From the NCBI GenBank assembly GCA_027923505.1, contig BROI01000026.1, positions 124,001 through 188,000 of the forward strand: DNA of 64,000 nucleotides, in the 5' to 3' direction. Within the stretch, counting starts at the first letter, position 1. Every line of letters begins with the position of its first letter. The stretch comes from Mayamaea pseudoterrestris (lineage: Eukaryota). The notes beneath the pieces are model-generated. The model did not search any database, had not been told where the DNA came from, and worked only from the letters and a program-made list of their open reading frames with translations. Made by a program: the position numbers and the translations under genes. Shown here piece after piece: positions 1 to 10,547 of the stretch.

Positions 1-839
1 CGTCATCATCATCATCCGCATCCTCCACCTCGTCGTCGAAAGGGTTCGATATGGACGACAACAACAACCAAACCGAAGATGAGAGCCGCATGTTGGATTC
101 CAACAAGAGTTTCGACGGCTCACACGCCAGTGGTAGCACTGCCACTGACGACAAGAAGGATTGGATGAGTGACGCAACGAGCGGATGGGACGCCCATCGT
201 GACTTGTTTGCCCAATCGGAGGAAAAGTTTTTTGACAATAACACTGGATACGAACCAATGTCATCGAGCGTCATTCGGTACGCTTTGGCAACGATGAAGA
301 AGGAAGCGAGCCGCATTGTTCGTTACGGGCCAGGGCACGAGCAAGATACAATGACGCAGCAACCAACGCCTTTGCAGCAGGTGCAGTGGAGGAAGCATTT
401 TGACGCGATTATTGCGTCGGTTCATCAGCGAATTCGCGAAGAAGGATTGCCCAATGTTTACATTCGAGCGGAAACGTCGTTTGACGCGACGGAGCTACTG
501 CCAACCAAGACGGCCAAGCTGTTGGAGCAGGCTCGCGAGAATGACAAGATGGCAGGAACACTCAAGCCCAAGCACCGCGAGTGGGAGCACAAGGATTTGG
601 AAGCCTCGCTGGCGAGGGCCGAACTTTCGCAAGAATTGGACCATTTGCTGAAGCAGGGACAGTCGCTGCGCCATCCGAGACTGGATGTGTTTCTAAACGA
701 GACGCAAAACGAATCGATTGCAAACGCTGCCAAGCCAATGACGCTCTACAAATCGGCTCCAGCTGGCAGCATGAAATTATTCGTGGACGGTTTCGCCGCT
801 CATTGCGAATCACAGCTCCAGAACGACTCTGTTGGTTGA
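1..839 (+). CDS. Hypothetical protein, 5'-partial
   Basis: 262-aa ORF 51-839; the same frame stays open (Ser-rich) back to the window start; no recognisable domain. Confidence 0.55.
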   Translation, partial: SSSSSASSTSSSKGFDMDDNNNQTEDESRMLDSNKSFDGSHASGSTATDDKKDWMSDATSGWDAHRDLFAQSEEKFFDNNTGYEPMSSSVIRYALATMKKEASRIVRYGPGHEQDTMTQQPTPLQQVQWRKHFDAIIASVHQRIREEGLPNVYIRAETSFDATELLPTKTAKLLEQARENDKMAGTLKPKHREWEHKDLEASLARAELSQELDHLLKQGQSLRHPRLDVFLNETQNESIANAAKPMTLYKSAPAGSMKLFVDGFAAHCESQLQNDSVG

Positions 840-974
840 AGCAATATTATTCATCGCTGCAACTGCTATTGGTACAACGCTCAATGATATTGGATGATAG
901 ATTGATCAACGTTAACATGCTAATTCATTATTTATTATCCACTGATCCCGATTCATCCATTCACCTCGCCACTA

Positions 975-2153
975 CTACGTCAGTGGCTGCGCCGCAGCCG
1001 CCAAGTTGATTTGCGCCCGCGCCAGCTTGGTGCGCAAGTAGTAAACGTAGGCGGCCAGCAGAACGGCCGTTGTCAAGAATAGTCCAATCGCCACTGCCGC
1101 CGCCTTACTCTTGCGCGTCGTGGATGTTCGAATGACGCCATCGGAGCGAACAATCTTGATTCCTTCCATGTAGCTGCATGACGACTCGTTGGGATAGTCA
1201 ATCTCGAGGCGCGTTTCGCATTTGCCGGAAAGACTGTACATGGTCGCGCAGCCTTCGCCAGCGGCGTCAGCAGCTGCATCGTCGCCATCCGCGTCATAGT
1301 CTTGACATCCTAGGCAGCGTGTTGAAACCAAGGATGTTTCCGAATAGGGCAAGACAAAGCCTCGACTCTTGTAGAATGCAGTTTCGCCATTGGACGCAAA
1401 GGTGGTGCATGCATTGTCGGAAAAGACTCCGAGTTTCACATCGCCGCCTTGATCGGCGCAGTAGGGTCCAATGTAATATTCCATGTCGTTAGCATCGTCT
1501 CCATTGGCATTCGCGTCATCTCCATTGGCATTGTCAATGTCAACCTGAGTGCAGTAGGCAAAATTGGCCGGCTGGAAGTTGTCATTGGCGTCATTGCCGT
1601 CGTCCAAGCAACTCGTCATGCCGTAGTCATCGTAACAAGTCGCCACGCAATTCTCCTCGTCGTCACTTCCATCGCAAGCAGCTTCGCAGTCAGTCTTGGT
1701 GGTGGCGCAGACGCTCTCCTGCTCATTCTCCAAGACTTGCAAGTACGACGAGACGAAACTACTCAAGTCGATAATGTAGTCGCCAAACTTGCTCGTACAT
1801 CCAGTACTCTTGTCATTGCTGCAACTGTCCGACGGACAAAGGCGAAAACGAGCCAGTCGCTTGGTGAGGATGCGGACGGAGTCTTGATCCTCTTGATTAT
1901 TGTTGTTATTGCCGTCGCCATTATTCTGCTGCGAGTTGTCGTTCCACTGCTGCACATGGTGACAGCCTTGAAACTTCATCGAGTAGCCGCTCAGAAAGGA
2001 ATAGTCGGCATTGTTATTATTGTTATTGTCGGCCAAGGCTCGCGCAATCAAGTTTGACGTTCTCGACGATGACGACAATGATGAGGCTGCACTGCATGGC
2101 GTGGAGGCAACGAGCAGCGTTGCAAGCAGAATGGAGGCGGCGAATTTCATCAT
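975..2153 (-). CDS. SIN1: Silicanin-1-like silica deposition vesicle membrane protein
   Basis: Signal peptide (MMKFAASILLA), RXL-type motif (IARAL), N/Q/D-rich Cys-rich luminal domain (YSMKFQGCHH, RFRLCPSDSC, YYIGPYCADQGG), one C-terminal TM helix and a ~20-aa cytosolic tail (YLRTKLARAQINL). Confidence 0.8.
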   Translation of the reverse strand: MMKFAASILLATLLVASTPCSAASSLSSSSRTSNLIARALADNNNNNNADYSFLSGYSMKFQGCHHVQQWNDNSQQNNGDGNNNNNQEDQDSVRILTKRLARFRLCPSDSCSNDKSTGCTSKFGDYIIDLSSFVSSYLQVLENEQESVCATTKTDCEAACDGSDDEENCVATCYDDYGMTSCLDDGNDANDNFQPANFAYCTQVDIDNANGDDANANGDDANDMEYYIGPYCADQGGDVKLGVFSDNACTTFASNGETAFYKSRGFVLPYSETSLVSTRCLGCQDYDADGDDAAADAAGEGCATMYSLSGKCETRLEIDYPNESSCSYMEGIKIVRSDGVIRTSTTRKSKAAAVAIGLFLTTAVLLAAYVYYLRTKLARAQINLAAAAQPLT

Positions 2154-2580
2154 TGTCAAGAGTATTCCAAGTCTTGATTCTATCCTCAATAATCAGTCAG
2201 CAGTCTGATCTTTGTTTTTGTAGTCTCTTGATTCGTTTGGATCCTTTCGTTCGACTTGCTAAAGCGCGAATGGACGATCCTCATTGTGCGAGGCGGTCGC
2301 CGATCCAAGTCAACGATGGTATCCCAGGAAGCGGCGCGCGTGGCAACAAGCCGGGCGACTTAGCTGTTTTATTGGGTGTCACGCAACCGGAAGAGGTGCA
2401 AACGAGCGGGACGTTCGAATAGGTACGTACGATAGGCCAGAGCAAGGCAAACGACTAAATCATATTGTCAAAGCAGCGGTCATGCATCGATCGACAGCTA
2501 GTACATATATATAATAGGATCTGGACTAAGCGGCGGCGCTTCTTAAACTGACGGAATACTTTACTCGTCACTCGTGTCAT

Positions 2581-4029
2581 TCACGCTGCAACCGGCAGCA
2601 CACAATCGCCCTTGCACAGATAAGGATTCTCAAGCAAGTGCACAAAAATGCAGTCCAAGTCTTGATTGACTCGCTCCAGGACGATTAATCCTTCCCGCTG
2701 GTGGCAAGTATCAATCGAGCCATCTGACAGATAGCTTCGTCCTGCCACATTGAGTTTCACGAGCGTCTCCACGGATTGCTTGAAGTTAGAGTCCCAATGG
2801 TTCATTTTCAAAGAAAGATCCAAGTCCGTCAAGTGAATGCTGCGTAGCGTATAATTAAGCTTGACGGCGTCAAGGAATTTGGGCAGAGTATTTGGCATCA
2901 TTGACTGGACGTCTGAAGAATTGAGGATTTGCAACTCTGTAAGCTGACCATTCTGCCGAACACAATCAGCCAAGGCGGCGTCAAGCTTGTTGGTGCACCC
3001 TTCAATATCAAACTTGAAGGACTTGATGGAGGGGTGGCGAGTGACTGCCTTTATCAACTTGATCAACACATCGTCATCAGCTTGATCAACCTGACCCATC
3101 ATCACCACGCCAGTTAGAAGCTCACAGCCCAATTCCTCCAATTGTGTCATGGACGATAACGTCTCTGCAAGCGTCGAATAAAATATACGGTTACAGTTGC
3201 CGCCTGTTTTGAACGAAAGTGCTCGCGTAAAACGAAACGACTTGATGCGACACGAGGCCACGGCGCTGAGCAATGGGGCAGGATCCTCATATTTGCCACC
3301 ACTCAAGTCAATGCCTCGCACGTTTGCCGTCGCAATTCCATGTAGCAAGACACTATGAGCTTCGGCATTGTTAAAAGTGAAATGTTGCAAGACAATTTGG
3401 ACAGGTAGCTTGGACTGCAAAACCTGGACGACTCCCGTTGCATTTAGCAAGGAGAGCCGTCCGTAGTTGCCCGTTCGAAGCCTGATTTCCTCGAGCGACC
3501 CCATTCGCGACAAAAGAGGTAGCATCTGGCTGTAACAGTGGGTTGGAATCAAAAGAATCAAGCATTTAATTGTAGAGAAACCTTGTAAGCTAACCATGGT
3601 CGAATCGAGATTTTCGCTATTTGTACCAGTCAATTTGACGGTCGTGACGTGAGTCAGATGCTTAAAGACAATGTCGCTCATCCATGCATCGCAGGTCGCA
3701 TAGCTATAATTTGCTTCGTCGAGCGTCGAGAGGGATCCCAGCGCCAGGCAAAGCTCACGCATACGCAGAGATGCACTTTCACCTTCCTTCGAGGCTCGGG
3801 GCGATGGAAGTCCCAAGTCGTGAAAGCGAGTCTCTTGCACCGGAGACGTCTTGAGTACATTCAAGACTTGCTCACGTTCCGATTCATCCATTAGCATAAA
3901 TGACGTGAAAAAGTTGCCGTCAATGTGCAGTGTCATGAGCGCATTGCGAGGCGATGAACGCGAAGGTGTCGGTGTCAGTCGCTGGATAATTTCGGCGCTA
4001 GAAAGGTTGGGACTCCATGTAACAATCAT
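2581..4029 (-). CDS. RNI-like/leucine-rich repeat protein of a diatom-expanded family
   Basis: 482-aa ORF with LxxLxL repeats and a characteristic C-terminus (NYTL...LNVAGRSYL...DLDCIFVHLLENPYLC). Confidence 0.6.
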   Translation of the reverse strand: MIVTWSPNLSSAEIIQRLTPTPSRSSPRNALMTLHIDGNFFTSFMLMDESEREQVLNVLKTSPVQETRFHDLGLPSPRASKEGESASLRMRELCLALGSLSTLDEANYSYATCDAWMSDIVFKHLTHVTTVKLTGTNSENLDSTMVSLQGFSTIKCLILLIPTHCYSQMLPLLSRMGSLEEIRLRTGNYGRLSLLNATGVVQVLQSKLPVQIVLQHFTFNNAEAHSVLLHGIATANVRGIDLSGGKYEDPAPLLSAVASCRIKSFRFTRALSFKTGGNCNRIFYSTLAETLSSMTQLEELGCELLTGVVMMGQVDQADDDVLIKLIKAVTRHPSIKSFKFDIEGCTNKLDAALADCVRQNGQLTELQILNSSDVQSMMPNTLPKFLDAVKLNYTLRSIHLTDLDLSLKMNHWDSNFKQSVETLVKLNVAGRSYLSDGSIDTCHQREGLIVLERVNQDLDCIFVHLLENPYLCKGDCVLPVAA

Positions 4030-4357
4030 CTTACAAATTAATATAGATTGTATGCATGCGGCTGCTCGGTGTCGTGTCTGAAATGAGCAAGTGTATACTT
4101 CAATGGACGGATGAACAAGTGAGGCTTAACTTGCACGCTTGGAGCGGTCGATTCGTCCGATGGAGGTTCGGAGTGTCAGAACTTTCGGTCCCGTTCCGAC
4201 GCGTGGAACATAACCGGTAAGACGTTTCTGCGTCGTCCATTGGCTTCCACCATGATTGCGACGGCCGGTCGGTTCATTCGACGAATCTACGCAGCCATTA
4301 AACTACGCATGGCCAGCAAGCTCAGCCATGATTCATCTACTCAGATATCAGCCTTTC

Positions 4358-5263
4358 ATGTCTACATCATCTGCGCTGCCATTAGTTGTGCTAATATTTA
4401 TGCTAGCAATCGTTTCCGCCGACCTCTTTGACGAGGTAGATTCCAATCACGACGGCGTCTTGGACCGCACGGAATACCAGCATGGAATAGATTCATTTTC
4501 AGCCTTTGTCAAGGAACATTCACAAGGCTCCTTTGTATCTTCTTCTTCCTCGTGGCTGTCCAAACTCGAACTGACCTCCTTCAAGGGTTTCTACACGGCT
4601 TTAACGTCAAGCATTGCCGTCATTTTAGCTACGGAGATTGGCGATAAGACATTCTTCATTGCGGCCGTCTTGAGCATGAAGCATGATCGCTTTCCAGTAT
4701 TTCTGGGCGCCATTTTGGCATTGATTGTCATGACATTCTTGTCGACGGCCATGGGCATGGTGCTGCCGCAACTGCTGGATAAAAAGTATACGCATGTATT
4801 CGGTGGTATACTATTCTTGTACTTTGGATGCAAGCTCGTTTACGATTCACGGCAAATGGACAAGGACAAGCATTCCGAGGAATTGGAGGAAGTGGAGGAG
4901 GAACTATTGCACAAGTCGAGTAAAAAGGATGATGCGGACGGTGGGGATTTGGAAAGCAATGGCGCACGGCGGCGCAAGCAGCCAGTATCCACTAGCAACT
5001 ACCAAGTTTTGCTGCAATCATTGACACTGACGTTTCTTGCCGAATGGGGCGACCGCTCGCAGATTGCAACCATTGCTTTGGCGGCGGCCAAGAATCCGAT
5101 TGGCGTCATGATTGGAGGCTGCATTGGGCATTCCATTTGCACGGGCGTTGCAGTGGTTGGTGGACGAATACTGGCAAGTCGGATCTCCGAAAAGATGGTT
5201 AGTCAATGGGGAGGAATTATCTTTTTAGTATTTGGAATGCATTCGTTGTTTCTGGAGGAATAG
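4358..5263 (+). CDS. GDT1: GDT1/TMEM165 (UPF0016) Ca2+/Mn2+ exchanger with N-terminal EF-hand
   Basis: Two family motifs EIGDKT and EWGDRSQ, acidic central loop, multiple TMs; signal peptide then DSNHDGVLDRTE EF-hand loop; start codon uncertain. Confidence 0.9.
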   Translation: MSTSSALPLVVLIFMLAIVSADLFDEVDSNHDGVLDRTEYQHGIDSFSAFVKEHSQGSFVSSSSSWLSKLELTSFKGFYTALTSSIAVILATEIGDKTFFIAAVLSMKHDRFPVFLGAILALIVMTFLSTAMGMVLPQLLDKKYTHVFGGILFLYFGCKLVYDSRQMDKDKHSEELEEVEEELLHKSSKKDDADGGDLESNGARRRKQPVSTSNYQVLLQSLTLTFLAEWGDRSQIATIALAAAKNPIGVMIGGCIGHSICTGVAVVGGRILASRISEKMVSQWGGIIFLVFGMHSLFLEE

Positions 5264-5825
5264 AGGAGTGATTGGCTAGGTCTGCTACATGTGTCGACGG
5301 CCAGTGTATTTGGACAACTCGTCTGAGCATGCAGCTGGTTCATGTTTAAATGCAACCTTCGCTTACATTCCAGACTATCGTAGTAAGTTATGTTAAACGT
5401 TATCTGTTAATCGAAATGTATAAGCGCTGCGTGTTTCACAAAGCAACAGGTGGCAGTAGTCAAAACTCGTACTGACCTCGGGCAGGGCGATTACTAAACC
5501 AAAGTTGCGTCAAGATCGCCGTCTCACCCATGAGTTGTAAGCCGCTTTTTGAACACTCTGTCGCTTTTTGTTTGCGTCGCCATTTGATTCAAGTTAGCGC
5601 TGGCGAACAGCTCGCTTGAACGACTTTGACCAACGACACACGACACTTGACGTGCGAATTTCCCATTTGCATCCCTCGCTGTCAATGGTCGCATTATTTG
5701 CGCACTGCTTGTCCACTGTAACGACCATAATGTTCGCCTCAATTGTACCAAAAAAGCCGACATGGCGTCCAGGTGGGTCATGGTCTATGGTCTGACGCTC
5801 GCTCCATTCCATACAAGCAAGTGTG

Positions 5826-6056
5826 CTACTTTACGCATCTTGTCCTGCATCGTTCGGCCGAGCATCTCCATGTAAATTGATCTAGTAGCTTGTCGTAAAC
5901 GTATGGCGAATTTTGAGCGGGATATTGTTGAATATATGCTACGCTGGGACTGGTGGACGAGGAGGCAGGAGTTGGTGACAGATGATGATGCGAGGGGACA
6001 AAGGCGGTGGCACCGGAGAGCAAGAGAAACACAGCGAGTGCTTCAAAAGATTTCAT
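5826..6056 (-). CDS. Possible first exon of a plastid-targeted or secreted protein
   Basis: MKSFEALAVFLLLSGATA|FVPS reads as signal peptide plus AF motif and S/P-rich transit peptide; downstream exons not resolved. Confidence 0.35.
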   Translation of the reverse strand: MKSFEALAVFLLLSGATAFVPSHHHLSPTPASSSTSPSVAYIQQYPAQNSPYVYDKLLDQFTWRCSAERCRTRCVK

Positions 6057-6190
6057 TCTTTCTTGTGATGATTGAGTATGTTGTAATAAGACGGGCAGCT
6101 ATTGACTTGACTCAATGATATCGGTGCAATGTCCTCCATGGTCGTCGAGAGAACAATACTGACTGTGAGTGAGAGTTGAAACGGCAGTGA

Positions 6191-6445
6191 AAGGCAATAG
6201 TATGAAACGAGTGCCAGTGTCAATTACGTCACAAGGCAATAGTACGAAACGAGTGCCAGTGTCAATTATGTCACGAGGCAATAGCACGAAACGAGTGCCA
6301 GTGAAAACTGCGTCCAAAGGCTATATTGTGAAACGAGTGCCAGTGAAAACTGCGTCACAGAGGCTATAGTGCGAAACGAGTGCCAGTGAAAACTGCGTCA
6401 CGAAGGCAATAGTGTGGAACGAGTGTCAATGAAAACTGCGTCACG
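6191..6445. repeat. 42-44 bp minisatellite, ~6 copies
   Basis: GAAACGAGTGCCAGTG core recurs at about 6204, 6246, 6288, 6330, 6373 and 6417. Confidence 0.9.
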
Positions 6446-7196
6446 CGCGTACGACGCAATCTAACTTGCGACTTCACTGGAAGATTTCATTCAAGCGCCA
6501 TTGTCCGCGCCATTGTCCAACATGCTTTCTTCTCTAATTGGAAAATCTTATAGTTATATCTCGCTGCTGGTGGAAGTAGCATGCGGATCGTATCATCTAC
6601 CGTAGAATGGAGAATGGGACCAAGGTTTGGTGTTTGATGTCGTCATGGAAGCGTTGCAGCGAAGCGTTTAAAGTATTGCTGCTTTTACTGCTGCAGCTTA
6701 TCCTTCTGTCATGGACGTATCAGTTGCTGCAACGCTTCTTGTCGAGATTCGCATTTACTTGTTGGTGGTTGCGCCCTTGCGACTGGCTGCGCTCTTGACT
6801 TGATAATCACGTCTACTTTGGCATTCTTGCGCTGCAACGCCGCATCGTTACCTCGTCAATTTCTGCAACTTTCTAATTTACTCTATTCTCTCGCAGTATC
6901 TGATGCAGAATATTGTTTGTTGCTTGTGCGCTACAGCATGGTTGATGGTTGACGGTCGTTGGTCGTTGGTCGTTGGAAAGCAGTCGAAGGCATCCATGCC
7001 GCCACGCGATGAATTAAGGAACAAAGTAACAACGGTAGTCTCTAATGATTCGACTACTGCTGCTTGTGAGAGCCGTGGTCGCCTTTGGAAGGAGCAGGCT
7101 TGTCACAAGGCAGCAGCGGAGGCAAGCATCATGGCGTTACGGCGTTACCGAGTCGCGTGTCGAATCTTGTTGGTCGTGCATTGGTCGTGCATAATA

Positions 7197-7502
7197 ACAC
7201 TGTGATTCAAACAGTAGTGCCAATAACTTTGATTTTCATCGTACGTACGTTGACTGTGGCTCAAACAGTACTACCAATAACTTTGCTTTTCAACGTACGT
7301 TGACTGTCGCTCAAACAGTAGTAACAATAACTTTGATTTCAACGTACGTTGACTGTTGGTCAAACAGTAGTGCCAATAACTTTGATTTTCAGCGGACTTT
7401 AACTGTGGTTCAAAGAGTAGTACCAAAAACTTTGATTTTCAACGGACTTTAACTGTGGTTCAAACAGTACTGTCAAGAACTTTGAAAAGTGTCCAAAGTT
7501 CT
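7197..7502 (+). repeat. 50-bp minisatellite family, copy A (~6 units plus terminal hairpin)
   Basis: Unit ACTGTGGCTCAAACAGTAGTGCCAATAACTTTGATTTTCAACGTACGTTG; ends in AGAACTTTG-N9-CAAAGTTCT. Confidence 0.9.
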
Positions 7503-7768
7503 GCTTTATTTGCGCTGCGACGTGATTGAAGGAAACGGAACGAACGGATTTGCATCGCACATGCATGCTTGCATGCACCTATCTCCTTGATTCATTTGTC
7601 ACGACACGATCCAAAACCATCACGGTCACGACTCATCAGCACATGTAGTATGCGTGTCTACGATTTCGTCGCTGCTGCGGATGCATTTGCTAGCTGCCGC
7701 CTTGCTGCTGGCGTGAGCGTGGATGTTCATCATCACTCTCGCTCGTTTCTTCATCGCTCCTTCACACC

Positions 7769-10183
7769 ATGCATGAAACCAACCAAGCTGCGGCAGTCAC
7801 CATGAGGATCTCCATTATGAATTCAGCGACGATTGTTAGCAGCAGTAGCAGCAACAACAAGATGCGCATGGAGATTGACGCTACGCCGCATCGGTCCGTT
7901 AAGGATCTGTTAAAAAAGTATGAAGTCAAAGCGGACAAGCCCATGGCAAAAATCGCCAATGTTCCAACGAAGCGAGCGAATGCTGCATTCCAAAAGACAG
8001 CTTGGCAGCAGGCTGACTTGAAAACGAAGCCTGGATTATCTATTGAATTGCCATTGCCGACGGAGCCGTCGCCAAAGACTGCAGCCTTTGACTCGCCAGA
8101 GCCTAAAAAGGCAACGCTGCTCAACATGATTACGTCTACTGCTGCTGCTGCTTCCAGCGAGCCATTGAAAGATTACAGCATGAACTCGCCTGCTACTTGC
8201 TCCACGGTTGAATTGTCGCCGGATTCTACTGCGGCGAGTGACTCTGACTTTGTTAATATTCCAACGCCGCCAGTCGATGAACAGGATCATGCTGCAACAA
8301 TGGCAAGCAGCAACATAAACACGACCAAGTTGACGACTAATCCTTCCAGCAAGCTGTTATTGCGCAAGCCGACGACGGCGCGAGTCAGAATTGTGTCGGA
8401 CAAGATCAAGCTTTTGTCATTGCCATTTACAGTCAACGCGCAACACGCAGCGCCGTCCTCGCTGCTAGTCCCCAAACCTATTGCCACACGCAGGACTGAT
8501 ATCTTTGAAGAGACGGCGGCAATTTCAACAAGGACCATGGCGGAGGAGGAAAAGGCGGAGTGCGACCAAGTATTATTGCCATGTTTAACACCAACACGCT
8601 CATCGCGCCTGTACAAGTTTCCGATCAAGGCGAATTCTGACGATGCCGCAAATGGATCACCAGCAGCTGTTCAAGAAACGACGACGATGACGCCAACGGC
8701 GGAAAGTATTTTGGAGGAGCTGTTACGTCTCGATGCCGGCAATGCTCAACTTTCAATGGCGTCAACAATTACGAATACAACTTTTAGTGCCAATGATTCG
8801 CCCGATCGGACCATGATACATTCCAACTCTTCGCCGCCATTAATGGTGGAACAACCCTTATCACCGGAAACTAATGGCTTGATTCAACCCATGGAAGCTT
8901 GTCTGTCGTCAACACCCGACAGTCGCGTTTCGGAACGCTCCAAAATGCACGCAATCAATCTTTCGCCACTCTTTCGGGCCAGTTTGAAAATGTCGCCTCG
9001 TGGCGAACCGGAATGCAAGCAGGAGGTGTCACCTCCCGTTTCGCCGCCACGTTTGCTCCGCGACTCGTTGCAACGCCAGTCCAGTGCGTTTAACCAATTG
9101 AGTTTTAACATGGACAATCATATTTACGAACGGATTGAAAGGGATGACGGTGACGACGACGAGGACAATGAGGACAACGACGACAATGATGACTACAGTC
9201 TGAATGTGCAGCCGGATCAGCACGAGCCTCGCGATGAGGATGAGAATGAACACGAAAATGAGGAAGGATGGTCCAGTGATGACTCGAGTGGCGACGGTGG
9301 TTCAATGGAAGGCACGATGGCACCGGTGGGCGGTGTGGCGATTGAGCAAGCATTGATGGATGCGACTACCATAACCACTGGTCAAGGTAATGATCGGTTC
9401 GCTCGGAAAGTCATTCCGAATTTTTCTCGATGGTCGCGCGATGACGAGAGCAAACTTGACCATGAGCCGGATGCAGCATGTTACAATAAACAACGGCACG
9501 ATTATCCGGTGCAGGAGTCGATTGCGGCAGCGGCGTACCAACAGCAGTATTACCAAGAGTGTGATTTGTATCAGCATTCGCCAATCAACCGAGGACAGTC
9601 GTCTACAGCGCAGGTGCATCAGTCGGCAATGACTGTCAGTACGCTGCTCACATCAAGCTCTCGGCTTCGGGCATCGTACAAGAACCACGAAGCACTATCA
9701 TCCGAGTCAGATGAAGACGATGACGACGATGATGATAATGTTGCTGAGATTTGCCGCCGCGGCAATCTTTCGGACCGTGCCTTGGGCGATTTGCTTGCCG
9801 ATTCCAACAGTGAGGGCGAGGCTAGCGCTACCAAGCAATCGCCGCCACGTCCACCGCCCCAGTTTGTCGCCAGTCTATGCAGCAGTTTTGACGGAGGCTG
9901 CATGACTCCAGTGAATCACGACACTATTTCGCAGGAAGGTGATGAGCATTTTGTCATGCAATTGGCGGCGCCAACAATCGAGTCTTCGCGTCGTCGCCAC
10001 AAGGCTTGGTTTCGCCGCCGTCCGCGTATTTTGAAAAAGAAAAGCAAGGCGCAAACAAAGAATGTTTTGGATGATGATTTAGCTTCGCTGCATGCGGAAC
10101 CAGTAATGTATGAGTACAGTTGCATGTCGCCGGAAAGCACAGCGGCGACGGAGGAAGAAGTGGAGACGGTACTGATGGAATGA
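7769..10183 (+). CDS. Low-complexity, probably disordered hypothetical protein
   Basis: 804-aa uninterrupted ORF, S/P/T-rich with acidic tracts and a basic NLS-like stretch near the C-terminus. Confidence 0.65.
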   Translation: MHETNQAAAVTMRISIMNSATIVSSSSSNNKMRMEIDATPHRSVKDLLKKYEVKADKPMAKIANVPTKRANAAFQKTAWQQADLKTKPGLSIELPLPTEPSPKTAAFDSPEPKKATLLNMITSTAAAASSEPLKDYSMNSPATCSTVELSPDSTAASDSDFVNIPTPPVDEQDHAATMASSNINTTKLTTNPSSKLLLRKPTTARVRIVSDKIKLLSLPFTVNAQHAAPSSLLVPKPIATRRTDIFEETAAISTRTMAEEEKAECDQVLLPCLTPTRSSRLYKFPIKANSDDAANGSPAAVQETTTMTPTAESILEELLRLDAGNAQLSMASTITNTTFSANDSPDRTMIHSNSSPPLMVEQPLSPETNGLIQPMEACLSSTPDSRVSERSKMHAINLSPLFRASLKMSPRGEPECKQEVSPPVSPPRLLRDSLQRQSSAFNQLSFNMDNHIYERIERDDGDDDEDNEDNDDNDDYSLNVQPDQHEPRDEDENEHENEEGWSSDDSSGDGGSMEGTMAPVGGVAIEQALMDATTITTGQGNDRFARKVIPNFSRWSRDDESKLDHEPDAACYNKQRHDYPVQESIAAAAYQQQYYQECDLYQHSPINRGQSSTAQVHQSAMTVSTLLTSSSRLRASYKNHEALSSESDEDDDDDDDNVAEICRRGNLSDRALGDLLADSNSEGEASATKQSPPRPPPQFVASLCSSFDGGCMTPVNHDTISQEGDEHFVMQLAAPTIESSRRRHKAWFRRRPRILKKKSKAQTKNVLDDDLASLHAEPVMYEYSCMSPESTAATEEEVETVLME

Positions 10184-10547
10184 GTGACTGTAAGGGGACC
10201 TGCAAAGGCTTGTATAATATGATGACGTTTTCTTTTGCAATTTTATAATTTATCACCCGTAGTATTGGATAAAAGATGGAACAGTCTAGCTGGGGCGCAA
10301 TATAAAGTGCTCAGGATCCTGATCAAGCCGGTCAAAATTTACATTCTCTGATGGCATAAAAGTACCGTAAATCCAACCCTTTCTCATGTTCACTACTCAG
10401 CTCAAGCACCTGCAGCACTACCTGCATAGTACATGTACTTTTCAGCTAACCCAAGCTGATTTCTGTCGTATCGGTTTTGCTTTTTGCGCGACGACGCATT
10501 TTGTTCCACTTGATTTTTAACGTCTGGCACCAAAAAAGGCATCAAGA

